From: Auanema rhodensis
Taxonomy: Eukaryota > Animalia > Nematoda
NCBI GenBank assembly: GCA_964057225.1
Contig: OZ059896.1
Location: 14,570,001 to 14,634,000 of the forward strand
Length of the DNA: 64,000 bases
Reading direction: 5' to 3'
Made by a program: the position numbers and the translations under genes
Part shown: one piece after another, positions 49,701 to 64,000 of the stretch
Layout: every line of letters begins with the position of its first letter
Numbering within the stretch: position 1 is the stretch's first letter
The notes under the pieces: generated by a model
What the model was told of the DNA's origin: nothing
The model's database searches: none
Seen by the model: only the letters and a program-made list of their open reading frames with translations

Positions 49701-52700
49701 TAAAACTCTTGTACATAGATTATCTTGTTTCTTGTTCATTAATGTTTTACAATGTTGAATTAATCTGAAGATAATTGACATTGTATGAGAATTTTAATAT
49801 GTTTTAACTCACTTTGTAACAACTCCTCCTTTAGCACATTGCTCGCGCAGCGTTGATCCAACAGGGAACAGTAGCTCAGGCATGTGAAGTACATCAACTA
49901 ACACACTACCTTCAGCAGCATTCAGTGGTGACAGATAGAATTTGAATTCACCAATCATCATCTGAAGCACTTTGAAGATGAAGCAAGATCACCGCTTTAG
50001 AAAAAACTAATCCGTATTGATATGATATCAACCTCATTCACATGCTCATGCAAATAGTTAAAATTTGAAAACATTTTGAAGATCAAAAAGAAAAAAAAGT
50101 TCTCAGCATGATCAAGCATAAGATGAAGCAGGATGGAATGATGTCAACGTCACATATGGCATCTGATGAAAAGGTATTTACATACATGATAGCAATTGAC
50201 GACATTTGAAGCATTATCTCTTCCAGTTCCAGCCAACGAGCAATGTTGTCCAGGCATCATAAGGCTGTTAGTTCGGTTACGAAGTGTCAAGGTTTGCTGA
50301 ACAATTCTTCATACAAGGGGAATAACCATATGTAGTTTAAGAAGGGTAGATAGAAGGGTAATAGAATTTTGTCCAAAATATTTCTATATCATGCTGATAC
50401 AAACATACGTTATTGATTCCGATAAACTTGGTTGAATTGAAAGCACTTTGCCAACGTTGTTTTGGATTAGGTTTATTCGATAAGTTTGGAATAGTTAGTG
50501 ATGCTGAGAGTTGAAGATTATGCTCTTCTGCTGTAAATTATTGAATGAGAAGCTTTATATCTGATAAATCTTCAAACCCCATTTTCCAAGTCGTTTGACA
50601 CATTCAGCTACACGATACCAATTCTTGGTAGATTTTGATTGAACCAAATTTTGCTTTTGTAATCCCGTAAGATTTTGTAAAATCAAAGAGAAAAGTTTTT
50701 GATGTTGCTAATAAATAAAAAAATAAAAAAAAAAAAAATAAAAGAAACATACAACTATATCAACTTTAGCTTGAGCACTATATGGCTTTTCAAAAAGTTT
50801 AATTAATGTTTCGGTAGCTGTGTGACAAACATAGTACTCAAGTGATTGTCTTGCACTATGTTGATCCTTATTCATTGGTGTAACTTTATATTCATTTCGT
50901 AACTAAATAATAAATAATAAATTTATAATTATAATAAATTACCTTAATTATATCTGCTAAAATATTTGATAAAAGAGATTCAATATATTCTGGTTTATAT
51001 GCATCTTTCATTTCAGCATCCGTGTCAATATAGCAATGTAACAAAAATTGGAAATAAGCTGTTTTCACCTAAAAATTGTGAAACACAAGTTAGATTTTTA
51101 AATAAAAACTTAAAACTTACATCAACGATACAATATTGTGATGTAACAACACGAACAATATGATCCATTGGAATTTCAGAAGCACATTTCAATTCAGTAC
51201 TACCATTTTTACCTCTTGTACACAAAGCCATTAATCTAAAAAATATAATAATTATAATTATAATAGTTAATTATAATATTTTATAAAGAGATATGAAAGC
51301 AACCAGTCTTTGTTAAAAATGAAGTTAAAATAATTGGTGATTCAGGTGAATATGTGAACAACTATTAGACTGGTTTATGCTAATTTATATCGTTTAACCT
51401 TTTTTTTAAAATTAATTAACATAATAATTAGTAATTAATAATAGTTTAACGTTTACTTACTTGACAAGTTCAATATGGTAACGAAGCGGATGAGTTGAGT
51501 CTATGAATGTTGGAGCAGTTTTCATCATTTGCTCTAATTGCTCAAACGAAGCATTATCAACATATAGTTGTCGAACTTCATCAGAACTTGAACAAATCTT
51601 TAAATGATAATATTAACTTTAAAATTCTTAATATTCAATTATATACCTCTGTAGCGACTTTCTCTTGACTTGATTCAATTTCTTTATCGAACACACAAAC
51701 AAGAGATTGGAGTAGTTCTAAGTAAATTGGACTTCGAGACTGAAATGTTCAGCATTAGGGTTTGTTAAGTTTGTGAGAAATTTATAACCTTGTGTTCTAT
51801 CAAGCTAACAACATGAGCAATTAGATCATCTGATACGTTTGCAGCTAATTCTCTATTGTTTCGGAAGATAGCCAAACAAGTTGCTGCTTCTTCAACCTGA
51901 AAATTTGAAATGTTGAAATACTGTAGTACAATAGCTTCCAACCGTTTCTAATTTCAACATTCCTTCCTTAGGATCTTTTTCAATTGTTATGAACTTCTGA
52001 AGACGATTTTGATTCTCTTTGTTGCCTTTGCAAAAGCTTCTAAGAAATTCGTGAGACAAGATGATAAGCTTTGGCATTTCCACATCATTCTTCTTATCAT
52101 ATGGTATACTCAAAAATTCCAATACAACTTCATAAACTCTCATGTTTTTAAGAAGTTGTTGATTCATTGTATCTGGTCTATCATTCTTATAACATAGCTT
52201 CTTAACGCGAACGAGGATTTGACGAATTAAAGGATAAGCTATTAATGGAGCACGATCACTAAGTTCTTGTAAAGCTAATGCAGCCACATTACGATCATCA
52301 TTAAGCAATAACTATAATGAATAACATCATGATAAGCTTTAGTTATAACCTATTTCAACTTACATCTTTAAGTAATCGTAGACATTCTCCTCGTGTTGAT
52401 TGATAATGTTCATCAATTACATCAGTTACAGCTCTAAATGAATCATCACAAAATGCTCGAGGAGTTATAAGTGAATGATCTTCCAGATCTCTTCTAGTTC
52501 TAAATATTTTTTATTAAGAAATATGAAACGAAAATATACAAATACATACGTTTTGTCATCTGCTATTTCTCGTTGCTCAACGGAATGATGTCGATTTCCA
52601 TGAACCCATAACTCACTCTTCTCTGTCAAATTCTTCAGAATGAAAAGATCACGGTCAACTTGTCGATAATTTTCCACATCATCAGTTGAAACAAGTAATT

Positions 52701-55700
52701 GAACCTAAGATAACTCCTTCATGAGTTTCATGGATTATTTCAGTTGATTACCTGTTTCAAATCTTCTAACAACTCTTGATATTGAGTAAAATGACGGAAA
52801 AGAACTTTTAAAGCGATGCTTGTTAAGGGTGCAAAATCAGACATTGTCATCTGAAGTAGAATAGCTAATAGTAGTTGACCATCTGCACCATCAAGATGAA
52901 GTTCATGGCCTGAGGACTGATAGATTGCATCATAAAGTTCTTTTACAACTCGCTCATTAACATCTGAAATTATTAAAAACATATAATTAGCAAAACGAAT
53001 ATAATATACTAGCTAATTTGGTGAGGAGACCATTCTGATCACATGGAAAATTCTGTTTGAACCATGCTAAAGCCATAGTAATTCGATAATCTCGACGAAC
53101 ATCCATAACAAACTAAATAAAAATATAATGATTGCACTAACTATATGATATAGCGATACCTGTAAGATCTCAGCAATTGTTAATTTTGTTTGTACAAGAA
53201 GATTTTTGCTTTCTTTGTTCCACAAATTGTCCTCAATCGGCTCTGAAGCACGAGCTTGTTGTTGTTCCTTTTGCCTTGATCCAATCATTGTCTGAGTAAC
53301 ACGATGTATCATATTCATTCCATGAGATACAGTTCGAGCTGTAATCACAAACTACTTAAAATCATTTCTAAACAAATATTATACCAGTCTGAGAATCATG
53401 TGGACAATCATCAGCAATAGCTAATAGATTCTGTGATAGATGTAATAATCCATGGAAAGTATAATATCCGAATTGAGCAAGTGCTTTAGCTAATGTGACC
53501 ATCTAATAGTTAAACACTTAACTATTATTGATAATAAATTATAATACCTCGCTTGTTAATTTATTTTTATTCATATTCTTTGAATCTAATAGTAATACTG
53601 GCCCACCATGATTATCAATTCTAAGAGAATCAAGGTAATTTTCAACAGTTTTCAGAACATTTGTGATACGATCAGTAAATCGCACACGACCACCATCCGT
53701 ATAGCCTTCAACAGAACATGTCTTGTAACTGAAAATTGTTATGAATAACTAAAATATTTTTTATTTATATGATATAACTTACGTGTCTAATTCAATCTTG
53801 TCCGGAATTTCCCACCATAGACGAGCATGACGTATAGCACTTGTTGGACTTCCACGTACAACATGAAGATGAAGCATTAGGCGTGTGAATGACGCTCGAA
53901 GATCACATGGTAAGCGTGAATCAGACATACATCTAAACAATTTATAATATAATGGATTCAATTAAAAATGATATCACCTGAGTACAAGCTCAATAGGAAG
54001 TTCGTGTGATATGTTTAAAAGACGTCGCTCAGGTGGTGGATCAATGGCAAGATATTGCTGTTCCTGACACATTTGAGCCAATAAATCAAGTTGATGTCTA
54101 TAAAAATTTAAAGTTATTTCTAATTATAATATAGTTTTTAATCAATATTACCTATAATAATCAAGTAAATCAGCATCTTCAAACGTTGTATTAGCTGTAT
54201 TAGCTAACTCACATAATGGTCTTAGGTTATCTTGCCAGCCAATGTGAACTTCATCATCGATCTAAAAGTAGTTAAGATATACAATTAGAAATGTTTTTCA
54301 CTTTTCACGCTAATTATGCGATCAAAGTGTATATATCACGGAATATACACGTGCTTGTTTCATTTTTTATTGCAAAAGTATGCTACCGGTTGAATTTAAT
54401 TATTTAAATTTAAATTTATTTTATTAAAATAGAAATCAAACTAACAATTTTAGTTTCCATTAGAATATCACGATGACGTTCACTTAATACTGATGTACAA
54501 ATAAGTTCTTGAATCTTTTTATTAGCTTCACCACGACAGACACATAAATCAGCCAAATAATCCAAAAATCTGTAAGAAATTCAAACAATGATTTCAGAAA
54601 ACTTTGATAATTTGTCTTACTTTCCTTGACGATTATTACGAACTAATTCAACAAATCGTTCAACATGAGGTGTTTTCACATATTTCTCTAATAGTTTAGG
54701 ATTATTATGAAGAACTGCTGTCATTGTATCTTCAGCCATCAAATCAAAACCGATTTGTTCCTAAAAAAAATGTATTTTTGGTTTATTTGAGTAAAATGCA
54801 AAGATACCTGAATTTGACCGAATTTTTCAGCTAAGAATTCTTGATTCTTACGATATTTTTCTTGGGAATATCTGAAATGAAATAATTATTCTGAAAAGAA
54901 ATATAAAAATAGTACTTCAATAAGCAATAACTAAGTTGGAACATGCTCTTAAAAACTTCGTTACGTCCATCACGAAGTTCAGCTGGTGAATTAAGCAATG
55001 GACCATTTTCAGTTCTTCCTTGGCGTGGTTGGAACGGAGCTTTGAGCAATTTGAACACCTGAAAAGAGTAAATCGATGATTTTCAAAAAAAATTGAATAT
55101 CCAACTTGATCTAAAACTTCTTGTTCACGTAAAAGCTTCTGACGATCACGTGATGGTGAAAAATCACAGATTTTCAAAGGATCCATCATATGATTTGTTG
55201 TATTGGTAACAAAGTAGATACATTCAGTCAGAAGTTGGATAGTTACACTAAAATTTCAATGATAAAGCTTTTTAACTTTGAAAAGATTATACTTAATTGG
55301 TTCTTTAGTTACTGGTTGACCTTTTTCAATCAAATCAATGAAATTCTTGAGAGCACGACATGCATCATTTGCAAAATCAAGATCTCGAACCTGAATGAGC
55401 ATACGCTGTAAGGTTAAGACTATGAGAAATATAAAAGAAACCTCATTTGGAGATACAGGTAATAAAGCAAATGTTTCCTTGTCTATTCTATTCTGTTCAC
55501 ATACAACTTTAACCCAACCTTTTTCATTTTTACTATAACATTGTTATAAATATTTCAAAAAATATCATCAAACCTGCTGTAATACAGATTTGGCTTCTCA
55601 GTTGGATTAGTAGCATGAATCCAAGTATTAGATTTACAATGCTGTAAGCGTACAAAAGATTTAGATGGAACTTCCTTGTTCTGAAAAAAAATGAAATTTG

Positions 55701-57909
55701 ATTTAGAATACGAATGAGAATGTTACCGAAGTGATAGTACTTGGATCGAGATTGAACAAGAGATCTTCATTCTCTTCTGGGAAATCACCTTGAACTGGCA
55801 CAAGAAAACGTTGAAAACTACAGTAAGTTTCGGCTAAAAAATTGAAAAATCTAATTTATTCAATGAATGACAACAAACCTGATGAATATTCAAGATTTGG
55901 TGGTTGAAGGTAATCTTTAGTTCTAAAATTTTGTATAATTTATAATAAATTATGAGAATTAAAAGAAAATTAAAAACTAAGAGAGGAGTAAAAGATTGAA
56001 TAGTATAACTTACTTCATATGAATTAAACTTGGACGACGATCAGTTCGACGATTTTCAATCTTTTTCTCGAAGACTGTTCCATCAGGTGAGACAGTAAGA
56101 TACAAGTCAGTAGCCAAATGCTTAAATCTATATGATTCCCACCATTTTGCTGAACCACCACGAAAAGCATCCTTTTGAACAACCTTAACACATATTAATT
56201 ATGCTAATTATACATATAATAATTGAGAAAAATGAATTGTATACGTACCTGAACTTCCCACAATGCGCGAGAACTAGTTGCATCAGCAGCGGATGGCCGA
56301 TTAGTCATACGGAGAAAGACAACATCAGTATTTGCTGATGGCACTGTATCTAACGTTAAAAATGTTTGTTGATCAGCATGAAATAACCGAACAACATCTC
56401 CCTGAAATGCTAAAATTATAATATACAAAGTATACAATTTATACCGATTTCACAATATCTGGTTGGTTTTCTCTGTAAAGTAAAAACATGAATACTTGCC
56501 ATTCCGTTGGTTCATTTAAACAATTAACCTATAAAATTAAAAAATATATATAATATAAGTTAAAACAATAAACTTCGGCAGCTGATTGATGATCAGGTAA
56601 GTGAAAGCTACTAAGATGCAACTGAGGCTTTGTATGGCTTGTTGATGACTGAGTATTCGAAGAATATGGTACTAGCGAAATTTTATTTCCGGCAGCAACC
56701 TACAGTAAAGAAATTATAATATAAATATAGTTATAGTTATAAATTATATATTACATTATCTCCAATACTGTAATGCTTGTATGCTGGTTCAATGACAAAC
56801 CAACTACCTTCATTGCCAGCTCGATCAAGATAAACCTGAAAGCATAAGTTTGTAAAATTATAAAACGCTCATCTTCATCAACCTTCATAGCATTTCTTTC
56901 ACATTTTGCAGGAGAATTTCTTTGAACCGTTATATACTTATCAGATTTAACATGTAATAATTGAACAACAGCACCATATTGAATGTTATTTCCCATAGTT
57001 TTCCGAAATTCCAATTCATTTTGTTCTTTTTCCTAAAAAAAACATACAATGAACTATATATATATATATATGTATAATATATAATTAGCATATAAATTTA
57101 AAATTCAAAATTTTGTTTTCACGTAAAAACGTGAAATATAATTTCATTTAATTAGTTAAATGATTGTATGAACGGTTGAATTTGAATAAGAAGAAGTTCT
57201 AAAGATAGGATAAACGTTAGCCCTAAGAGAGGGAGCAGTTTCAAAATGAATCATCTATGAATATAGTCTATGAATAAAACTATGTCCATTCTGTTCATGT
57301 TTTCATTGTAAATTCAAAAAGAAGAATGTATGAAAGGTTAAAAGGTCATTGAAATTGTTAAAATTTGTTTAAAATACTGAAACTTATCCTATTATTTGTA
57401 TTATTAAATATAAAATTATTCACATAATGATTAATGTATCACCTTTTCAGCAGCAATTCGCAGCTTATTCATCATATCATCATCAAATGTTGATTCTCCG
57501 GAAACATATTTTTTTTGTTCCGTCCAATATTGTTTTTGAGCTGCATATCGATTTAAAGGACAAACTTTGAATAAACAATCTAAAGAAGTATATAGAATGA
57601 ATATAATTATATTTTTATTCTTAGTTATACCTCGGAATTTCTTGGGTGGGCTTTCTGGTCGACCATCACATATTTCAACTATGCAACGATCATCAACTAA
57701 TCTATAATAGCATAATTAATTATTATTCTTTTTTTTTCGAATAGTTATTCTTTGAATTACCCTAAAGTACTAAGAAATCCTCGATGACTTGATGATTCTT
57801 CAGTATATAACGATATAATATCTCCAATATGTAGCAGAGATGTGTTACCACCATCTGTGCTTAAAGCACCTTGCAATTTCCTTCCATATCCGGCGTTATT
57901 AAATGACAT
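43755..57909 (-). CDS. itr-1: Inositol 1,4,5-trisphosphate receptor, full length, many exons
   Basis: Starts [12 protein letters not shown]...[10 protein letters not shown]...GFLSTLG. Suppressor/MIR region ([35 protein letters not shown]), [19 protein letters not shown], pore [35 protein letters not shown]...[10 protein letters not shown] zinc-binding region, ending ILSSRAN*. Additional upstream first exons are likely. Confidence 0.98.
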
Positions 57910-60772
57910 CCTTAATAATATTTTATTAAAATCTTAAGTTTTTATTAAAAAATTATTTGTTTTTCAACTTTGTAGACCAATTAATCTGTAGAATTGCAAG
58001 TTCTATGCAAGGTTAAACTCACATCTCATAAGCCGATCGTTTATACATGTTTCATTCCATTAGACAATGAGTTTTGAAACTTTAAAACAGAAATAAAAGA
58101 ATATTTTGATGTTTATTGAGTTTTTTTTTTGAAAAAAAGGACGACAAATGTTTCGAAAGAAGTAAAAAAACAAATAAAATTATATAATTAATATTACATA
58201 AATAGACATTTGATGGTGGACTAATGAGAGAAACAATCGGCTTATAGTTCTTATCAAATTTAATCTTGGCTGTGGATAATTACGCGTAAAAATGAATATG
58301 GTAGCTTCTTAATCATTTTTTTGGCATAATTATTGAAAAATATTATTTAAATTATATAATTAAAATACATTATTCATATATACATACCTATTCTCTTATG
58401 GATAGTATAGCTAACGATACCATGAAGGCGTCTATAATTATAACAATTTGTTAAAATACATAAAGAATAGTTAAAAGAGAACGAAAGAGAGAATAATCAG
58501 AATACATCATGAATGAAATATTGTTTTGATTTCAGAATCACCAATCGAACTTTTTCTGAAGGTGGGAGGTAATGTTTGAATTTCTGATCTAATAGCACAA
58601 TTGAAGTAATGTGAATCCAGTGAATCTCACACTACTTCACCAACATCACACATTCTTTCGTTCAACCAAAAAAACAATAAAAATTAATTTCTTTTATAGA
58701 AAAATAACAAAAACACTTGCTTTATTGATAAAGTGATATTTAGAAAATTTATTTTTTTTTGTTCTGTTTTCGCTATATCAGTGAGCTTTTTTTGCAGATT
58801 CTAAGGTTAAAGAAGCTTTCTTCTTAACGACGTTTTCAGCAATTTGATGACGTACATGATCAACATAAGCAAAGCTTACTGATAATACATGTGATTATTG
58901 AGTTCAATATTTCATCGAAACTATACATTTCTCTTTATTCTTTTCATTAAAAAAAAAACTTTTTTTTTTTCGAAATTGAGCGTTGTTCATGTAAAAATTT
59001 GTAAAAAATATGTTGAAACATCAACTAATATCAACTCAACAAAAAAAGAACAAAAAAATAATTTTTTTTCCAAACTTTCATGAAATTAAATGAATTGAGT
59101 ATAAGGAAATGAAAGATTTAAGTGAGGTTGTTAATGGTATAGGTAACAATCTCAATACGTATCGAAGCAATACGAGAACGAATAGATCGATAGACTATTG
59201 ATGTGAAAATCAGACTGATAAGCAGTGATTTGAATACTAAAAACCTTTTTTTTTCTTTTTTAAAGATGAATATGATTTGAAAATTGAATTGTTTAAAGAG
59301 TATACAAAGAATCAAATAATAAATAATATATAAATATAGTTAAATAAAAAATTTTAAAACATAAAATGACAATTACATCGAAGCATTAGCTTGACAGGGC
59401 TGTGAACGGCTATTTATGTTTTTCTTCTACACTTTCCAAGGTTTTTTCCTTGTTTGAAACGTTTTTGTTTACTACCTGATATTCTTGTGAAAGACAAGAA
59501 AAAGAAAAATCTTCCTGATCATTTGTGAAGAAGGCAAACAAACAATATTTCGATGGAAAGATGAGGACGTATAGCTAGCTAGCTTCATTGCTTGCTGTGG
59601 CCATTTTGAATTTGTCAGCCGCGAAAAGGGTTTCACGTCGTCTGTCTACCTGTCGTTTTTCTCCTCCTCCTCCTCCACCCCCATATTTCTTATATTTACC
59701 ATTACAGGAAAGTCTTCAGGTCAGCTTAGTGTATCTTGTTTACATTCAAGTAGCAAGAAAAGATTCATGCAAAAAAGGCAATTTGTCTGATCCTTTGCCC
59801 TTCCTATTGCCCGCCTACTCTCGCCCTCTCTTTGTCCCTCCTCTATTACTCTCTGTTTTCCATGTCTTCCTTTTCTCAGAATTTCCTTGAATTTTGATAA
59901 GCCTATATGAGTGGTTTGCATTCAAACACTTATCTTATGATATGAAGATGTTAATGAGCTATTAATCAGTTAAAAAGTGAAAGTTGTAAATGTGTTAGCA
60001 GAGTTTGTCTACAGCACTATAAGCATACATCTGTATCTTTCTTGTATATAAGCATGTATGTGTGTGAAGTATGCATTTACATCATCGCAATCATATCTCT
60101 GCTTGCTAGCTAGCGGACAATAAGAAGACATAGAAAGAAGGAAGAGCACACGTTTCCAACACAAAACGATAACATTTGGTAAAAACTTTTACCAAAAAAA
60201 ATAGCAGAGAGACAGAAAAAAATGAAATCCTATGTATTTGATAAGACTAGAATACAGTTATATCTTTCAGTATATCGTAGTTATTAAGATTGTTTATATT
60301 TATTTTATGAAAAAATGTTTATATACACATATGCTAAAGATCAAGAATAGTTTCATGTCACAGAAAAGGTCGTTCTCCCTTTTTCTAGCCCTCCATGATC
60401 GTTGTGTGGTGTATTCCGACGGCAAAGAAATCGATTTTTCAGTTTTGATATGATTTTGATAAGCAATGACAGAGATCGATTTTGAAATTTTTACTATATA
60501 TACTATGCTAAAAGATGAAATATAGTTTCATTTGAACTAACTAATATCATATAAATATGGAGAAAAATTCGTTTATGATTAATTATTTCTAGAATTTTAT
60601 TAAAAAACTTGAAAAATAAACCAGTAGTTATCATTTTCATGTTTTCAATTAAATAAATTTTCATCAAATATTCAAATTAAATGAAGAAAAATGTAAACAT
60701 AAAATTAGCATACGTGTTACTCATCATTTACCTTGATATATCAGAACTAAATGGTTATATTTCTCTTTCTCT

Positions 60773-60775
<3 letters not shown>

Positions 60776-60860
<85 letters not shown>

Positions 60861-60880
60861 CTCGCTCTCTCTTTCTCTCT
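60776..60880. repeat. (CT)n/(GA)n microsatellite
   Basis: ~80 bp of perfect CT repeat plus a degenerate flank. Confidence 0.98.
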
Positions 60881-63800
60881 TTTTCTTTCATTTCTCCTTT
60901 ATCATTTTATTTTTATCGATCTTTAAATAAAGATCTACATTATAAATCTGTTTTTAATGGATAATCAAAAAATTTCATAAAACGCCGTTTTACTTCATCA
61001 TTCTCAAGTTTTTGACATTTTTGTAACAACGAAACCAGTAAGGTTGAAAAGAGAATGAGCGAACGAGAGATAGATAGATAGACAGAGAGATAGAAAGTAT
61101 CTTGAGAAAGTAGAAGGGGAATGGAAGTGAGCATTAAAATGACAAAACCGTTACCGCAAACAGAAAATAGAAATGTAAATCGTTGTAAGACCATGATCGT
61201 GTTGCAAAAATGTCTACAAAAAATCTCTGATGACGTCATGTTTTAGCCACGTTGAGGAAAGAAAAAAGAAGTTTTTGTATAAGATGAATTAATCGCTTTG
61301 GTCTCATGTGTATGATTTGGCGAAAAGAGCGAAGATAAAGAAATATAACAAAAAAAATGAAATTGAATCTATAGATATTTAGGAATATGGAAAGATGACG
61401 AGGTGAAAATCAGGTGAATTTGTAGATCAGAGAAGGAAAAAAGAAGAATGATCCATACGACGAATAAGAAGATTGATCTGAAGGAAGAAGAAAAAGAAAA
61501 AGAAGAATACTATGAAATTACGATGACAACGAGAATTCAGATGATAAATCTAATCAATATGAGATATGATATGAAAATGGAATAATTTCCTAAAGAATGT
61601 TGTATTTATTATTTTAGAGAAAAATTAATTAAAATGAAAAAGAAAAATGTGAAATATTCAATATAAATCAGGAATAAAGGTCAAAAAAAGTGATGTTAGA
61701 CAGAAAAGAGACATGAAGAGTGGTAGTATAGCAACTGTAGGGATGATTGAAGTATTATGGATATTTTAGTAAAAATTGATAAAAATTGATGAAAAAGAGA
61801 GAAAAAAGAAAAAACGAAAAATTTTTTTATATTTCAGAATAATTTTATTTAAACTTCTAATTATCTTTAAATGAACTTTTTATTTGTAAAAAGAAGATGA
61901 TACATGATAAATGATCAATATAATCATGATCATATAGTATTATAAGGTTAATTAAAATGGTTAACTATTACTTTGTTTAACCTTTGTCCAGTTAATTTCA
62001 AGTTTATATCATAAAACTTGAGTAAATACGTTGTTGTTCTTTACTGTGAAATACGATTTGACATTTGAATGAGAATATGTGGAAAACCTGGTAGATGAGA
62101 ATGCGAGAAGGATTAGCTATAACTGATGTAGGTATAAGAATTTTTTAATATATTTTGATAAAAAAACCTAACTATTCACAAATCATTATATTATAGTTTT
62201 AATTTATATAAAAAAAGAAGAGATGATATGGGATAGATAGGGATAAGAGGTGAATTACATAGGTTACTAAGAACAAAGATTGAAAGAGACCAAGGTTGGA
62301 TATATAAAAACGAAAAAGAAGAATATAACGCATCAGAAATGAAGAAAACAAAAAGGTTGGAAATTCGTGAAACTTAAAAGGATGAGAGACAATGAGATTG
62401 ATCATGATAGAGAGAGGGGGTAGAAGAGAAGAGAAAATGCACAACCGTTCCGTGCTGGTTTGAAAATCAAAATAAATCGTTTTCACTCTTACACGCAGGA
62501 GTTACGTAAAGCTGTCACGTGAAATTCGGTTAATATATTGACGAAAAATTGGAATTTCAAGAACTGGTTGATCAGTTTTGACAAATTTTCTGAAATATTC
62601 TTTTGATGTAATTGGGAATTGAAAAAATGAAAAAAATGGAAGATGAAGTCAAAACAAGCCAAAATGAGGAAAATTCTGTCATCATATGGGTTACGGATAG
62701 GTAGTGAAAAGTGAAATCAATCGAGTTGACGCTACGCAGCTGAAGAGATTACCATAACAGGTTCGTTGAAATAAAAGAAAAGGTTTCAAGAAAATAGCTC
62801 CAGAATAGGTAATAGTAATGTGGATAGAGATGGATATCAATAACGGAATCTGAAATCCGGTAATATAACAGTAGAGAGAAACAGTCAGATAGATATATAG
62901 AGAGATATGTATATGGTCTAACAGTAAGTTAGCAGTAGGAGAGTGAAAGAAGTGAGGGAGGAAATAGAAGATATCGAAGAAAGTTGAGAAAGAAAACAAA
63001 TTAGAATTGAAGATTTAATTAGTTTCAATGAAAAAGAAACAAAGAAACAGATGAAATAGAGAAGAGTTGGTGAGGTAAAAACAGGAATCAATTGACTGTC
63101 ACAAGATTGTACGATTATGAATCATAAACGAACATAACAGAGAAGGAGGGCAATTGAAAAAGAGCTGAAGCAGTACAGAGAAAAAGAATATTTTAAAGAC
63201 AGAGAGAGAGAAAGAGAATAGAAAGAAAAAAGAAATAAAAATGATATATAAAGAAATCGCAAGAGATAGAGCATGAGAAGCAGAGATAGGGAGAGGCACA
63301 AACTCTCCGCTTCCCCGAGGGCAACTACAGAAGTATGTTGATCGACTATCAGAGGAGGAGGGTAAACGTATGTATGTTTAAACGGTCAATGAGCTGAGAT
63401 GTGCTGAACGCAAGCAGAGTTTGGTGTTTAAGGATAAATATGTCTGTCTGTTATCCATCTATCCTCAGTTATTAGCTAATATTTACAAAAAATGAAGAAT
63501 ATAGTTATTCAGAAAGAAGTCATAGCTTTGCTTTCCAAGAAGAAAAAAGTATGACAATGATAGAGAGGGAAAAGAGGGAGAAGAAGAGAAAAACGATATA
63601 TTTTCCTCTTATTCCCTCTATACTTTCTCCTTCTCTTTGGACTAGTGCATGTATATGACAGTGCATTTTTGTGTTTTACATTAGAAAAGAAAAGATGTAA
63701 TCGATAGATAAAGCTGAAGAACAACAGTTAGATGATCATACCGACAACGACGAAAGAATAGAAGCATCACAGACATCATCATCCAGCTAAGCACATCTGA

Positions 63801-64000
63801 TCATCTTTCTATGATTGTCTCATTTCTTTTTCACTTTTACGGATTTTTCATCATTAATGTTTTACGTTAAATAACAAGAAAAATTGAAATAAAAATCCTG
63901 AATTCGTGTTCCAGTTGGTTAAAAGGGAGAAGTAACGATAGAGGGAAAGGGAAGGTAAGAGAGAGAGAAAATGGATAGTGCTCATTCTTAAACAGTATTT

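Noticed and set aside
59159-59195. RSIRSRIASI segment resembling an ITR-1 N-terminal extension
   Set aside because: Available donors are phase 0 or 1, incompatible with the phase-2 acceptor at 57910.
60000-64000. Several F/L/S/I-rich minus-strand ORFs
   Set aside because: Products of purine/pyrimidine strand skew with no coherent exon chain.

Overview
This is AT-rich, intron-dense eukaryotic DNA (most introns ~45-60 nt) from a rhabditid (clade V-like) nematode; the species cannot be fixed from sequence alone. Most ORFs in the supplied track are single exons, antisense shadows or microsatellite artefacts, so I assembled gene models by hand from splice sites. From left to right: a decayed mariner remnant abutting a divergent Rpn11/PSMD14 (JAMM) paralogue; two small orphan genes (one secreted, one Shisa-like); an atlastin (atln-2-like) with a complete cuticle collagen nested antisense in intron 2; full-length pezo-1; two tandem C4orf33/UPF0462 paralogues, the second with a membrane anchor; an Srv-type GPCR; two tandem CYSTM genes; rsp-6 (with a candidate poison exon) followed at operon spacing by imp-3; and full-length itr-1. 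There is no CRISPR, rRNA or recognisable tRNA. I found no clear-cut new multi-gene system. The best leads are: (i) in-frame micro-exons and internal first exons in pezo-1 at the beam/plug/latch and in itr-1 at the SII-equivalent site; (ii) the retargeted C4orf33 duplicate; (iii) a His6-bearing CYSTM paralogue; (iv) the TE-adjacent Rpn11 paralogue; (v) frequent AAG 3' splice acceptors. All isoform calls are predictions and need RNA evidence.
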